Source of the DNA: Verrucomicrobiota bacterium
GTDB lineage: Bacteria > Verrucomicrobiota > Verrucomicrobiia > Limisphaerales > UBA11358
DNA length: 64,000 nt
Reading direction: 5' to 3'
Assembly: GCA_036803685.1 (NCBI GenBank)
Contig: DAIRTX010000010.1
Span: 2,074 to 66,073, forward strand
The position numbers were made by a program, and so were the translations under genes. Positions 35,362 through 48,499 of the stretch are shown piece after piece. Position 1 is the first letter of the stretch. The number at the start of each line of letters is the position of its first letter. Below the pieces are notes generated by a model. The model was not told the origin of the DNA. It was given only the letters and a program-made list of their open reading frames with translations, and ran no database searches.

Positions 35362-35427
35362 ACCCTGTTCGCTGGCGCAACTGATGCGAGTCAAATTTGC
35401 TTGTTCCCCGTCGGCTGATTTGTTCCA

Positions 35428-37116
35428 TTGCCGTCCATGACGCAACCATCCGTCGCGCCGCCGCCCGTCCGGCCCCGGCTTTTCCAGCGGCATTGGACTT
35501 GGTGGTTCCTGGTGCTGGTGCTGGTGGTGGTCGCCGCCGTCCGGCTTCGTTTGCTGAATTTTCCGCTCGAACGTGACGAAGGCGAATACGCCTATGCCGG
35601 CCAGCTCATGCTGCAGGGCATCCCGCCTTACCAACTCGCCTACAACATGAAGTTTCCCGGCACGTATGCGGCTTACGCGGTCATCATGGCGTTGTTCGGC
35701 CAGACTCCGGCGGGCATTCATTTTGGCGTGCTGTGTCTAACGACGCTGACGGCGCTGATGCTTTTCTGGCTGGGCAAACAAATTCTCGATTGGACGGCAG
35801 GAATGATCGCCGCCACTTTTTATGCCGTCATGGCTGCCAGCCCTTCGATGCTGGGACTGGCCGGACACGCCACCCATTTCACCGCGTTTTTTGCCACCGC
35901 CGGCCTGTTGGCAATGTGGAAGGCGCGACAGAACGGCAAATGGTCAACCATCGCGACCGCCGGGCTCCTTTTTGGCATGGCCATTTTGATGAAACAACAC
36001 GGCGCGGTGCTTGCGTTGTGGGCGGCCATTGTTTTCACCGTGACGGCCTTTCGCAAAACGGAACTTTCACCCGGCAAACGCATGGGTACGGTCGCGGTTT
36101 TCGGTGCGGCCATGATCCTGCCATTTGCCGTGTGTTGTTTGATTCTCTGGCGCGCGGGGGTTTTTGGGAAATTCTGGTTTTGGACGGTTGACTACGCGCG
36201 GCAATATGCCTCGGTCGTGCCTCTCTCGGAATCCCCAAGGTTCCTTTGGCAGGGGTCCCGCCACGCGCTGGTCAAGGGATTTTTGCTTTTGCCGTTTGCC
36301 TTCGCCGGCGGCCTGCTGCTTTGGTTTGATGAAAGACTGGCCAAGTCGCGGCTATGGATTTTTAGTTTTGGCCTGGCTTCGGTGTTGAGCGTTTTTCCCG
36401 ATTTTTATTTCCGGAAACATTATTTTCTTCTGATGCTGCCGGGACTGGCCTTGCTGGCCGGAACCGCGGTCAGCGGCCTGTGCCGGTTCCAGGAACAAAA
36501 AACCGCCGGGACCAGGCTGCAACACTGGCCGGTTTGGGTTTATGCGTTGACTGTTGGGATCACCATTCTGACCTGCGCCCGCGTCTGGTTCCTGGAGACA
36601 CCGACACAAGCCGCGCGCACCACTTATCAGGCAGACCCGTTTCCCGAAGCGGAAGCCATCGCCACTTTCATCCGCGCCAATTCCCCGCCATCCGCACCCA
36701 TGGCCGTGCTCGGGTCGGAACCGGAATTATATTTTCTTTCCCGCCGTCATTCCGTGACCGGGTATATCTACACCTATGGAATGATGGAGCCACAGCCGTT
36801 TGCCCGGCGAATGCAGGAGGAGATGATTCGTGACATCGAAACCAGCAAGCCGGGCTTCATTATTTTTGTGGACGACCGCATGTCATGGTTTCGTTATCCC
36901 GATTCGGACCCGAGAATTTTCAACTGGTGGGATGCTTACCAGACCAACTACACGCTGGTTGCCATTGCCGACGTGCTTTCGTCAAACACTACGGTTTATG
37001 CCTGGGGTGCGGACATGGTGAAACATTATGGCGGGGCTCGCGGCAGCGCGCTGGAAGTCTATCAGCGCGTGACCGATTCGCCCACCCCCCGGTCAAATCC
37101 CGGCACGGCGGAATAA
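35428..37116 (+). CDS. GT-C fold glycosyltransferase, family 39/83-like (ArnT/PMT-like)
   Basis: 562 aa. 'FPLERDEGEYAYAGQLMLQGIPPY' is the first-loop Asp/Glu motif typical of ArnT/PMT-type enzymes. It has about 11 helices plus a C-terminal periplasmic domain. Confidence 0.78.
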   Translation: MPSMTQPSVAPPPVRPRLFQRHWTWWFLVLVLVVVAAVRLRLLNFPLERDEGEYAYAGQLMLQGIPPYQLAYNMKFPGTYAAYAVIMALFGQTPAGIHFGVLCLTTLTALMLFWLGKQILDWTAGMIAATFYAVMAASPSMLGLAGHATHFTAFFATAGLLAMWKARQNGKWSTIATAGLLFGMAILMKQHGAVLALWAAIVFTVTAFRKTELSPGKRMGTVAVFGAAMILPFAVCCLILWRAGVFGKFWFWTVDYARQYASVVPLSESPRFLWQGSRHALVKGFLLLPFAFAGGLLLWFDERLAKSRLWIFSFGLASVLSVFPDFYFRKHYFLLMLPGLALLAGTAVSGLCRFQEQKTAGTRLQHWPVWVYALTVGITILTCARVWFLETPTQAARTTYQADPFPEAEAIATFIRANSPPSAPMAVLGSEPELYFLSRRHSVTGYIYTYGMMEPQPFARRMQEEMIRDIETSKPGFIIFVDDRMSWFRYPDSDPRIFNWWDAYQTNYTLVAIADVLSSNTTVYAWGADMVKHYGGARGSALEVYQRVTDSPTPRSNPGTAE

Positions 37117-37127
37117 TATTGACCGTC

Positions 37128-38795
37128 ATGACTGCATCTTTTCCCAACGCCATTTTGCGCAAGGCGTGCTGGATCGTGGCCCTTTCGCTCACCGTGGCGT
37201 CGGTCCTTTTGCATTTTTTTTCCCTCACTCAAGCGGGCGGCCTGTGGCGCGACGAAATTGCCATTGCCAATATCGCGACGCTGCCCTCCTGGGCGGAGAC
37301 ATTCCGGGCACTGCCGCATGATCATTGTCCGATTGTGTTTCCCGCGGTGGTGCGGATTTGGACGGCGCTGGGGTTGGCGCAAACCGATGCCGGCCTGCGG
37401 GTGCTGGGCCTGGGCATCGGGTTGTTCCTGCTGGCATCCTTCTGGACGGCCAACCGGATGATGGGCAAAGGTCTGCCGCTGCTGTCGCTGGCGATCGTTG
37501 CAGTGAATCCGGTGGTGGTCCGTTATGGTGATTCGATCCGTGGTTACGCCCTCGGCATTGCTTTTATCGTGCTGACGATGGGATTGATCTGGCGTTTCAT
37601 CGAGGCACCGGGCGTGCGCCGCGGACTGTTGGCGGGACTGGGCGCCGTGCTGAGTGTGCAGACGCTTTATCAAAACGCCTTTTTTCTGCTGGCCATTGGC
37701 ATCGGCGGTGTGGTCGTTTCCCTTCGCCAGCGCCAGCCTGCCAAGGCCGTGGGTGTTCTGGGCATTGGGTCTGTTGCCGCGCTTTCGCTTTTGCCCTATG
37801 TCAATCCCATCCGTCAGGCGCAAAGCTGGTGGGTGGTCAGCCAGTCCGGTACCAACCTGGAAATAACCTTGGACCGCCTCTCCAAACTGACCGGCCCGTT
37901 TTTCGGTGTTTGGGTGGCGGTGGTGGTGTTGGCCGTGGTCTTTGGAATCGGCCGGGCGGTTCTGGTGCCGAGGCGGGACCCGGTCCATGAGGAGGAAGAT
38001 CTGCCGTTGTTTGGAAGCATCGCCCTGGTGCTGGGCGCAGTGGGTTTCGGGGTGTTTATCCAATTGACCGGCCTGCTCACGCAGACCTGGTATTACCTCC
38101 CGGCCTTGTGCTTTACGGTGGTGTGTTGCGATGCCATCGTGTCACGGGCGCATCCGGCCGCCAGGGTTGGCGTGCTGGTGCTGGCGGTGGTGACGCTGAT
38201 CGTTTCGATTTCGCCGTCGGCGTATGCGGCCTTGCGCTGGCGGCAGACCAATGGCGACCTGGTGGCCGCAGAGGTGGCCCGAACCGCCGGCGCCGATGAT
38301 TTGGTCATCGTCCATCCGTGGTATTATGGCCTGACGTACGGTTACTATTACCGGGGTGCTGCAAAATGGACGACGCTGCCGCCGTTGGCAGATTATCAGT
38401 TTCATCGTTATGACTTGCTCAAGGAAGAACTGGCGACGGCCAATGCCATCGCCCCGGTGCTGGAACGGGTGGTAACCACCCTCCGTTCGGGAAATCGCGT
38501 CTGGGTGGTGGGGCGCCTGCCGTTGCCGCCAACGGACGGCGCGGCACCCGCCCCCCCGCCCTCCGCTCCGAACGGACCCCGCGGGTGGGACGACCAGCCT
38601 TATTCGCAGGCTTGGGGCCTCGAATTCCGTCAGCTCCTCGAACATCACGTCACCAACGCCATCATGGTGGTTGACCCGATGACCAATTCCATTCCCATCA
38701 ATCCGATGGAAAGAATGACACTGGTTGTCGCCAGCGGCTGGAAAGATTCCAGCCAACCCGTCTCCACCCCGAATTCGGAAACGAATAAACCGTGA
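37128..38795 (+). CDS. Second GT-C-like polytopic membrane protein
   Basis: Start at MTASFPNAIL, 9 nt after the previous stop (the track ORF begins at 36885 and overlaps the upstream gene). 'GGLWRDEIAIANIA' is an analogous first-loop acidic motif. Its architecture is similar to that of the upstream gene. Confidence 0.68.
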   Translation: MTASFPNAILRKACWIVALSLTVASVLLHFFSLTQAGGLWRDEIAIANIATLPSWAETFRALPHDHCPIVFPAVVRIWTALGLAQTDAGLRVLGLGIGLFLLASFWTANRMMGKGLPLLSLAIVAVNPVVVRYGDSIRGYALGIAFIVLTMGLIWRFIEAPGVRRGLLAGLGAVLSVQTLYQNAFFLLAIGIGGVVVSLRQRQPAKAVGVLGIGSVAALSLLPYVNPIRQAQSWWVVSQSGTNLEITLDRLSKLTGPFFGVWVAVVVLAVVFGIGRAVLVPRRDPVHEEEDLPLFGSIALVLGAVGFGVFIQLTGLLTQTWYYLPALCFTVVCCDAIVSRAHPAARVGVLVLAVVTLIVSISPSAYAALRWRQTNGDLVAAEVARTAGADDLVIVHPWYYGLTYGYYYRGAAKWTTLPPLADYQFHRYDLLKEELATANAIAPVLERVVTTLRSGNRVWVVGRLPLPPTDGAAPAPPPSAPNGPRGWDDQPYSQAWGLEFRQLLEHHVTNAIMVVDPMTNSIPINPMERMTLVVASGWKDSSQPVSTPNSETNKP

Positions 38796-38839
38796 TTCCG
38801 CAGGCGTCTCCGGCTTGACGACTCCGCTTCCCGCTGCGA

Positions 38840-42520
<3,681 letters not shown>

Positions 42521-42573
42521 AATTCAACATTGCCTTTCGCGTCACGGGCTGGCAACCTGCTTCGCTCTGAGGT

Positions 42574-42650
42574 CGGGGCGTAGCGTAGCCTGGTAGCGCG
42601 CTTGTTTCGGGTACAAGAGGTCGTGAGTTCGAATCTCACCGCCCCGACCA
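42574..42650 (+). tRNA. tRNA-Pro (anticodon CGG)
   Basis: CGGGGCGTAGCGTAGCCTGGTAGCGCGCTTGTTTCGGGTACAAGAGGTCGTGAGTTCGAATCTCACCGCCCCGACCA. It has a 7-bp acceptor stem, a TTCGGGT anticodon loop, a GAGTTCGAATCTC T-arm and an encoded CCA. Confidence 0.93.
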
Positions 42651-42679
42651 TTTCTCAATTTTTGATCGCCGATTGCCGA

Positions 42680-43276
42680 ATGGAAATTCAAGCCGATCTG
42701 CTCGTCGAACTGGAGACCATTCTTAAACGCCTCGATCTGGTGGAAATCTTTCCGGCATCGCAGCCGTTGGAAGTCGAACTCGGCTGTGGCGACGCTTCGT
42801 TTCTCGCCGAATACGCACAGCGGCATCCGGACCGGAATTTCATCGGCGTCGAGCGGCTCCTCGGCCGCATGCGCAAGCTGGATCGCAAGGGCCGTCGCGC
42901 CGCGCTGACGAATTTGCGCGGCGTGCAGATCGAATCGTCTTATTTTTTGAAATATCTTTTGCCGTCTCGTTCGGCGTCCGTGTTGCACGTTTATTTTCCC
43001 GATCCCTGGCCGAAAAAAAGGCACCGCAAAAACCGGCTCATCAACGAATCATTTCCGCAACTGGCTTGCGCCGCGCTCGCTCCGGGTGGCGTGGTTTATT
43101 TGCGAACCGACGATGAAGATTACTTTGCGCAAATGACCGGGGTGTTTGGCGCGAGCAAGGAGTTTCAGCGAATCGAAACGCCGCCCGAACTGGCGGAATT
43201 GCTCACGGATTTTGAGCGGGAATTTCGCGCACGCGGCATCAGCACATTGCGCGCGGCTTATCGAACGCCGGCATGA
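42680..43276 (+). CDS. trmB: tRNA (guanine46-N7)-methyltransferase
   Basis: Start at MEIQADLL (the track ORF begins at 42602, inside the tRNA). 'VELGCGDASFLAEYAQRHPDRNFIGVE' and 'HVYFPDPWPKKRHRKNR' are TrmB signatures. Confidence 0.9.
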   Translation: MEIQADLLVELETILKRLDLVEIFPASQPLEVELGCGDASFLAEYAQRHPDRNFIGVERLLGRMRKLDRKGRRAALTNLRGVQIESSYFLKYLLPSRSASVLHVYFPDPWPKKRHRKNRLINESFPQLACAALAPGGVVYLRTDDEDYFAQMTGVFGASKEFQRIETPPELAELLTDFEREFRARGISTLRAAYRTPA

Positions 43277-43279
43277 ATT

Positions 43280-43726
43280 TCAAACGTCAATGACCGGGCC
43301 GTCGTCTTTATCGGATTTGGGCGGGCGTTGTCGGTGTTGAAACGTGACGCGGGCGTTGCCCGTGCCCGTCAAGGCGTTCAGCGCAATGGACACAATGCTG
43401 ATGATGATTGCGCCGAGAAACGCGAACCCGAAACTGTCCACCTGGAAGTGCGCTCCCATCAACACACCGACGAAGTAGAGCAGCAGCGCGTTGATGACGA
43501 GCGTGAACAGGCCGAGCGTGAAAATCAGCAGCGGCAGCGTAAGGAGCATCAGAATCGGCCTGACGAACGCATTGAGGATGCCCAGCAACAGAGACGCAAT
43601 AATCAGATCGGCCGGCTTTTCATAACGAATGTGGCCACGAAGAATGATGACCGCCACCACCACCGCAAAAGTGTTAATGGCCCAATTTCCAAGAAAGCGC
43701 AGAATTTTTTTTGTGCCGGGCTGCAT
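43280..43726 (-). CDS. DUF360 / phage-holin-family-IV-like four-TM membrane protein
   Basis: 148 aa. 'LLLGILNAFVRPILMLLTLPLLIFTLGLFTLVINALLLY' is the typical PF04020 pattern. Confidence 0.78.
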   Translation of the reverse strand: MQPGTKKILRFLGNWAINTFAVVVAVIILRGHIRYEKPADLIIASLLLGILNAFVRPILMLLTLPLLIFTLGLFTLVINALLLYFVGVLMGAHFQVDSFGFAFLGAIIISIVSIALNALTGTGNARVTFQHRQRPPKSDKDDGPVIDV

Positions 43727-43906
43727 GGTTTTCGTCGAAAAATCAACGTTTCACAAAAAGTGCTTCAGTTTGCCGCCGAAAACAAGGAACAAACTTAAAA
43801 GGCGGAGAGGTCACGCGAAGAACGTGAAGAAGGCAAAGGCGGGAAACTTTTCCCTTCGCAATCTTCACGCGTTTTTTTGTCGCCTAAAATTTTTGACTGA
43901 CGCAGA

Positions 43907-44839
43907 TTGTTCCGGATGATTGCCAAGAAACCGTTGATTCTTCTCGCTGGATGGATTTGTTTCGGCCTCGCAGGTTTTTCGCCGGTCGTGGCCGAAAGCG
44001 TCATCGCACCCGGCGCGAAACTTGAAAAACTCGCCGGCGACCTCAAATTCGCCGAAGGCCCGACGTGCGACACGAACGGCAACATTTTTTTCACCGACCA
44101 GCCGAACGATCGCATCCTGGAATGGAGCGTGGACGGAAAGCTGTCCACGTTCATGCAACCCGCCGGCCGCGCGAATGGAATGTGCTTCGACGCGAAAGGC
44201 AACCTCATTGCCTGCGCCGACGAGAAGAACGAGCTTTGGTCGGTCACGCCCGACAAAAAAGTGACGGTGCTCGTCAAAGGCTATCAGGGCAAATATCTTA
44301 ACGGCCCGAACGACGTTTGGATTGCGCCCAACGGCGCGATGTATTTGAGCGATCCGTTTTACAAGCGGACCTGGTGGGATCACGACACGATGGCGCTTGA
44401 CGGCGAAAAGGTGTTTTATCTTTCGCCCGACCGGAAAAAATTTGTGCCCGTGGCTGAAGATTTCAAAAGACCCAACGGGATCACCGGCACGCCGGACGGC
44501 AAAAAACTTTTCGTTGCCGATATTCGCGGGGATCAAACCTGGCGCTACGACATCCTGCCCGACGGCTCGCTCACGAACAAAACGCTGTTTTGTCCGAAAG
44601 GTTCCGACGGCATGACGATTGACGCGGAAGGCAACCTTTACCTTTGTGCCACCGGCACGACCAACGGCGTGACGGTTTTCGACAAAACCGGCAAACAAAT
44701 CGAACACATTGACGTGCCGGAAAAATGGTCGGCGAACGTCAGCTTTGGCGGCAGGGATCATCAAACGCTCTTCATCACCGCGAGCAAATCGCTTTACTCC
44801 ATTCGCTTGGGCGTCAAAGGCGCGAACCCGGCGAAATGA
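43907..44839 (+). CDS. SMP-30/gluconolactonase/LRE-family beta-propeller, secreted
   Basis: 310 aa with a signal peptide. 'KFAEGPTCDTNGNIFFTDQPNDRILEW', 'NGPNDVWIAPNG' and 'PNGITGTPDGKKLFVAD'. Confidence 0.88.
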   Translation: MFRMIAKKPLILLAGWICFGLAGFSPVVAESVIAPGAKLEKLAGDLKFAEGPTCDTNGNIFFTDQPNDRILEWSVDGKLSTFMQPAGRANGMCFDAKGNLIACADEKNELWSVTPDKKVTVLVKGYQGKYLNGPNDVWIAPNGAMYLSDPFYKRTWWDHDTMALDGEKVFYLSPDRKKFVPVAEDFKRPNGITGTPDGKKLFVADIRGDQTWRYDILPDGSLTNKTLFCPKGSDGMTIDAEGNLYLCATGTTNGVTVFDKTGKQIEHIDVPEKWSANVSFGGRDHQTLFITASKSLYSIRLGVKGANPAK

Positions 44840-44930
44840 TTTTGTGGCTCGCGGGCTGTGAATTACTTGTGAATAACTTTTCGAACGGCCGACATTCCGG
44901 GGCACGCGGCATGCGTACTTTGACAGCAGT

Positions 44931-45605
44931 ATGCGCAAAAACTCATTCGATGCCCCTGAAACTCGTGATGAGGTTGAAATAACGCTTGATGGTCTGCCGG
45001 TGGGACTGCCGTCTGGGCACCGCTCCCTTAACGCCATTCGCTGCCATCTCGAAACGCTCGCCTTGGAAAGACATCGCATTCTGTATTCCTTAAGCGTTGA
45101 TGGGCAGCCGGTAAACCTTGCCCTGCCATTGCTTAATCAAAGAATTTTTTGCCGCGTCGAGGCCGGGACAGTCGCTTTGGAAGAGACTTCTCTCCTGCTG
45201 CTCAAGAAGGCGTTTCAACAAACCGACCTCGCCCGGGAATGCGTTGAAATCGCTCTCACACTTGTCCTCATCAACAATGGTCGAGTGGCGCACGAAGTCT
45301 GGTGGAATCTGGCCTCGGTTCTCAAAGAGCCGGTGATTACCTTGAGCCTGTTGCCGGAAAATACTTGCGAGCTATTCGATAATCGCACGTCGCTCGCCCA
45401 ACTTCGCAAGTGGCAGCTTGAACAAATCGCCGCCATTATCAGGGACGTGAACGAAGCCTGCCATTCGGAAGACACAATTCCGCTCTCCAACGCGCTGGAA
45501 AACCGCGTGCTGCCGTGGCTGCAAAGCCTGAGTGAACTCATCAGCCTGTGGCATGAAACGGCCCTGGCCGGTTCACGGCTCGGAATCAGCCACGCCGTTT
45601 CTTGA
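44931..45605 (+). CDS. Hypothetical protein (224 aa)
   Basis: Longest ORF in a region of visibly lower G+C. No family recognised. Confidence 0.45.
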   Translation: MRKNSFDAPETRDEVEITLDGLPVGLPSGHRSLNAIRCHLETLALERHRILYSLSVDGQPVNLALPLLNQRIFCRVEAGTVALEETSLLLLKKAFQQTDLARECVEIALTLVLINNGRVAHEVWWNLASVLKEPVITLSLLPENTCELFDNRTSLAQLRKWQLEQIAAIIRDVNEACHSEDTIPLSNALENRVLPWLQSLSELISLWHETALAGSRLGISHAVS

Positions 45606-45626
45606 TCCAAAGCGCGACCAGGCCGT

Positions 45627-46166
45627 TCAGGATTGAACGCCGTCTGGTTGTTCGCCCGGTTTTTCTTCCCTGAGTCGTTTCAGATTCTTGAAGAGCAAAA
45701 ACCAGTATAAAAGCAAAGCGGCGAAGATTAAGAGAACAAAACCCAAAGATGCAATATGCGGTCGAATGATAATAAAGAAGAAGAAATTTACGGAAAGCAA
45801 GAGATAGCCGCTGATCGTGAGCACGTTTGGACGCAATTTGTCCATGACCCCATTCCGCAAGACTTCGCCAATTGAAAAAATGTGAATATAAGGCATCCAG
45901 TTATTGTAAGGCCCGACGGCACTTCCGCAGTGTTCGCAAAACCACGCGTTGGGAGGCTGCGGGGCAAGGCAATGATGGCAAACTTCCTGCGCTTCCGTTT
46001 CCGATAACTTTTGTTCAGTCTCGGCATCCCACGGATCCGGTCGGACCGGTGCTTCACGGACCCAAACAATGAACCGCCACAAGCCGGTAAGCGCCAGACC
46101 GCCCAGGGCAACTCCACCGATAATCGTATTTGGATCGCTGGCCGCAACCATAAGAAGCTGCCGCAA
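45627..46166 (-). CDS. Hypothetical membrane protein with central zinc ribbon (CHHC...CEHC)
   Basis: 179 aa with an N-terminal TM, 'CHHCLAPQPPNAWFCEHCGSAVGPY', and two C-terminal TM helices. G+C is lower than in the neighbours. Confidence 0.55.
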   Translation of the reverse strand: MRQLLMVAASDPNTIIGGVALGGLALTGLWRFIVWVREAPVRPDPWDAETEQKLSETEAQEVCHHCLAPQPPNAWFCEHCGSAVGPYNNWMPYIHIFSIGEVLRNGVMDKLRPNVLTISGYLLLSVNFFFFIIIRPHIASLGFVLLIFAALLLYWFLLFKNLKRLREEKPGEQPDGVQS

Positions 46167-46214
46167 TCTCTCACGCCGTTTCTGCCTGTCAAGAGCGCTT
46201 AAAAGTTGCGCGGC

Positions 46215-48341
46215 TTACTTTTGTGAGCGCCGGTTGCCCGCTTTTCGGTAACTGACGGACTTCGTCTCTGTTTCGGGCTTGCCGCCATCAATCATCCGCT
46301 TGAGCTCCTTGATTTGGTCGCGGAGCAGGGCGGCCTTTTCAAATTTCAATTCTTCGGCGGCCTTGAGCATTTCACTTTCGAGTTCGTTGATCGTCTCGGT
46401 GAGGTCCACGTCCATGCCGGCGTCGTGGAGGACGGCATCGGCTTTTTTGCGCTTTGATTCGTAGGTGGCAAGGCTTTCCTCCACCGCGCGGCTGACGCTG
46501 CGCGGCGTGATGTTGTGCTCCTTGTTGTAGGCGGTTTGCTTTTGGCGGCGGCGCTCGGTAACGGCCAGAAATTTTTTGATGCTGTTGGTCATCACGTCGG
46601 CGTAGAGAATGACTTCACCGTTGAGATGGCGTGCGGCGCGACCGGCAGTCTGAATCAGGCTCGTCTCGCTGCGCAGAAAACCTTCCTTGTCCGCATCGAG
46701 AATCGCCACCAGTGACACTTCCGGCAAATCAAGCCCCTCGCGGAGCAGGTTGATGCCGACGAGCACGTCGAATTCGCCTTTGCGTAGCGCGCGCAAAATC
46801 TCGACGCGCTCGATGGCGTCAATCTCGCTGTGGAGGTAGCGCACGTTGACACCGATGTCACGCAGGTAATCGGTCAACTCCTCGGCGGTGCGCTTGGTGA
46901 GCGTGGTGACCAGCACGCGTTCCTTCGCGTCGGCGCGCTTGCGGCATTCCTCGATAAGATCGTCAATCTGGCCTTTGAGCGGTTTGAGCGTGACCTTCGG
47001 GTCAATGAGTCCGGTGGGACGCACGACGAGTTCAACGACGCCATCTTTTTCTGTAGCCGCCGCCGTGAGTCGGCGCTGATCCGCTGAAAGTTCAGATGGC
47101 GCGGACTGATCCCGCTTTGCGGGACGGCTACAGGCTTGGCGTGCCCACTCGATTTCCCGCGCGGCGGGCGTGGCACTGGCGTAAATCGTCGGGCCCTGCA
47201 TGGACTGAAACTCCAGAAAATTCATGGGCCGGTTGTCCAGCGCGCTCGGCAATCGAAAGCCGTAGTCCACCAGCACCGTTTTGCGCGAGCGGTCGCCTTC
47301 AAACATGCCGCCGATTTGCGGCACGGTGGCGTGCGATTCGTCAATGACGAGCAGATAATCCGGCGGGAAAAAATCAAACAACGTGCAGGGCTGCGAGCCG
47401 GGCGCGCGCCCGCCGATGTGGCGCGAGTAGTTCTCAATGCCGGAGCAAACGCCCATCTCCTCCATCATTTCCAGGTCGTATTCGGTGCGCATTTTGATGC
47501 GCTGGGCTTCGAGCAATTTGCCGTGCTTCTCGAACCAGGCGATGCGCCCGCCGAGTTCCTCGCGGATGGTGAGAATGGCGCGCTTCAGTTTATCGCCGGT
47601 GGTGACAAATTGTTTGGCCGGGAAAATGGTGACGGCGTCGAGCGGTTCAATTTTGTTGCCGGTCAGCGGCTCGAAGCGGGTAAGGCGTTCAATTTCCTCG
47701 CCGAAAAATTCCACGCGCAGCCCGTCTTCGCGTCCGGCCGGACGAAGTTCCACCGTGTCGCCGCGCACGCGGAACTGGCCACGGGTGAACTCAATGTCAT
47801 TCCGGTCGTACAGCAGATCCACGAGGCGCGTGAGGAATTGTTCGCGCGACAATTCCATCCCGGTACGAACCGGAATGACCATCGCCTCGTAATCCTCCCT
47901 GCTGCCGATGCCATAAATACAGGACACGCTGGCCACGACAATCACGTCCCGGCGCGAGAACAGCGAACTCATCGCGGAAAGCCGTAAGCGCTCGATTTCC
48001 TCGTTCCGGCTCGAGTCCTTTTCAATGAACGTGTCGGTGCGCGGGAGGTAGGCTTCGGGCTGGTAATAATCGAAGTAGCTGACGAAGTATTCGACGGCGT
48101 TGCGGGGAAAAAAGCCCTTGAACTCGGCGTAAAGCTGCGCGGCGAGCGTTTTGTTGTGCGAAATGACGAGCGTCGGCTTGTCCACGTTCCGGATGACGTT
48201 GGCGACGGTGAACGTTTTACCCGAACCGGTGACGCCGAGCAGCACTTGATGTTTCGCGCCGGACAACAGCCCCTCCGTCAGCTTCGCAATCGCCTGCGGC
48301 TGGTCACCGGCGGGCTTGAACGGTGCAACGAGTTCGAACAT
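46215..48341 (-). CDS. uvrB: Excinuclease ABC subunit B
   Basis: Start at [18 protein letters not shown], which aligns with the E. coli UvrB N-terminus (the track ORF extends to 48428). '[15 protein letters not shown]', 'DESHATVPQ', 'RPTGLIDP' and a C-terminal UVR motif. It has a ~33-aa repeat-derived insertion. Confidence 0.96.
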   Translation of the reverse strand: MFELVAPFKPAGDQPQAIAKLTEGLLSGAKHQVLLGVTGSGKTFTVANVIRNVDKPTLVISHNKTLAAQLYAEFKGFFPRNAVEYFVSYFDYYQPEAYLPRTDTFIEKDSSRNEEIERLRLSAMSSLFSRRDVIVVASVSCIYGIGSREDYEAMVIPVRTGMELSREQFLTRLVDLLYDRNDIEFTRGQFRVRGDTVELRPAGREDGLRVEFFGEEIERLTRFEPLTGNKIEPLDAVTIFPAKQFVTTGDKLKRAILTIREELGGRIAWFEKHGKLLEAQRIKMRTEYDLEMMEEMGVCSGIENYSRHIGGRAPGSQPCTLFDFFPPDYLLVIDESHATVPQIGGMFEGDRSRKTVLVDYGFRLPSALDNRPMNFLEFQSMQGPTIYASATPAAREIEWARQACSRPAKRDQSAPSELSADQRRLTAAATEKDGVVELVVRPTGLIDPKVTLKPLKGQIDDLIEECRKRADAKERVLVTTLTKRTAEELTDYLRDIGVNVRYLHSEIDAIERVEILRALRKGEFDVLVGINLLREGLDLPEVSLVAILDADKEGFLRSETSLIQTAGRAARHLNGEVILYADVMTNSIKKFLAVTERRRQKQTAYNKEHNITPRSVSRAVEESLATYESKRKKADAVLHDAGMDVDLTETINELESEMLKAAEELKFEKAALLRDQIKELKRMIDGGKPETETKSVSYRKAGNRRSQK
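47051..47133. repeat. GTAGCCGCC...CGGCTAC family palindromic element inside uvrB
   Basis: The left arm matches the intergenic copy at 53085..53148 at 22/24 positions and a central block matches at 14/14. It encodes '[30 protein letters not shown]'. Confidence 0.9.
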
Positions 48342-48499
48342 GCTACGAAAGTAGGGCGGTAACTGGTGAGCGTCAACGCAGGCTTCGGGGTTGAAATGGC
48401 GGCGGATTTGCGTAAGCTCCGTTGTCAACCAACCATGAAAACTCTTTTGACAACGGCAATGCCGGCTTCCATCCCGTTTTCGTCACGCCGATCCCGGTT

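Noticed and set aside
36885-37127. The N-terminal extension of the second GT-C-like ORF, which overlaps the first GT-C gene by 230 nt.
   Set aside because: The overlap region is better explained as the C-terminus of the upstream gene. The ATG at 37128 directly precedes the first TM helix.
42574-43726. tRNA-Pro followed by a 'phage holin family IV' gene as a possible prophage or integrative-element border. The same question applies to tRNA-Met at 29504..29579.
   Set aside because: There is no integrase, no direct repeat of the tRNA 3' end and no phage structural or lysis partner genes. trmB lies in between, and DUF360 proteins are common chromosomal membrane proteins.
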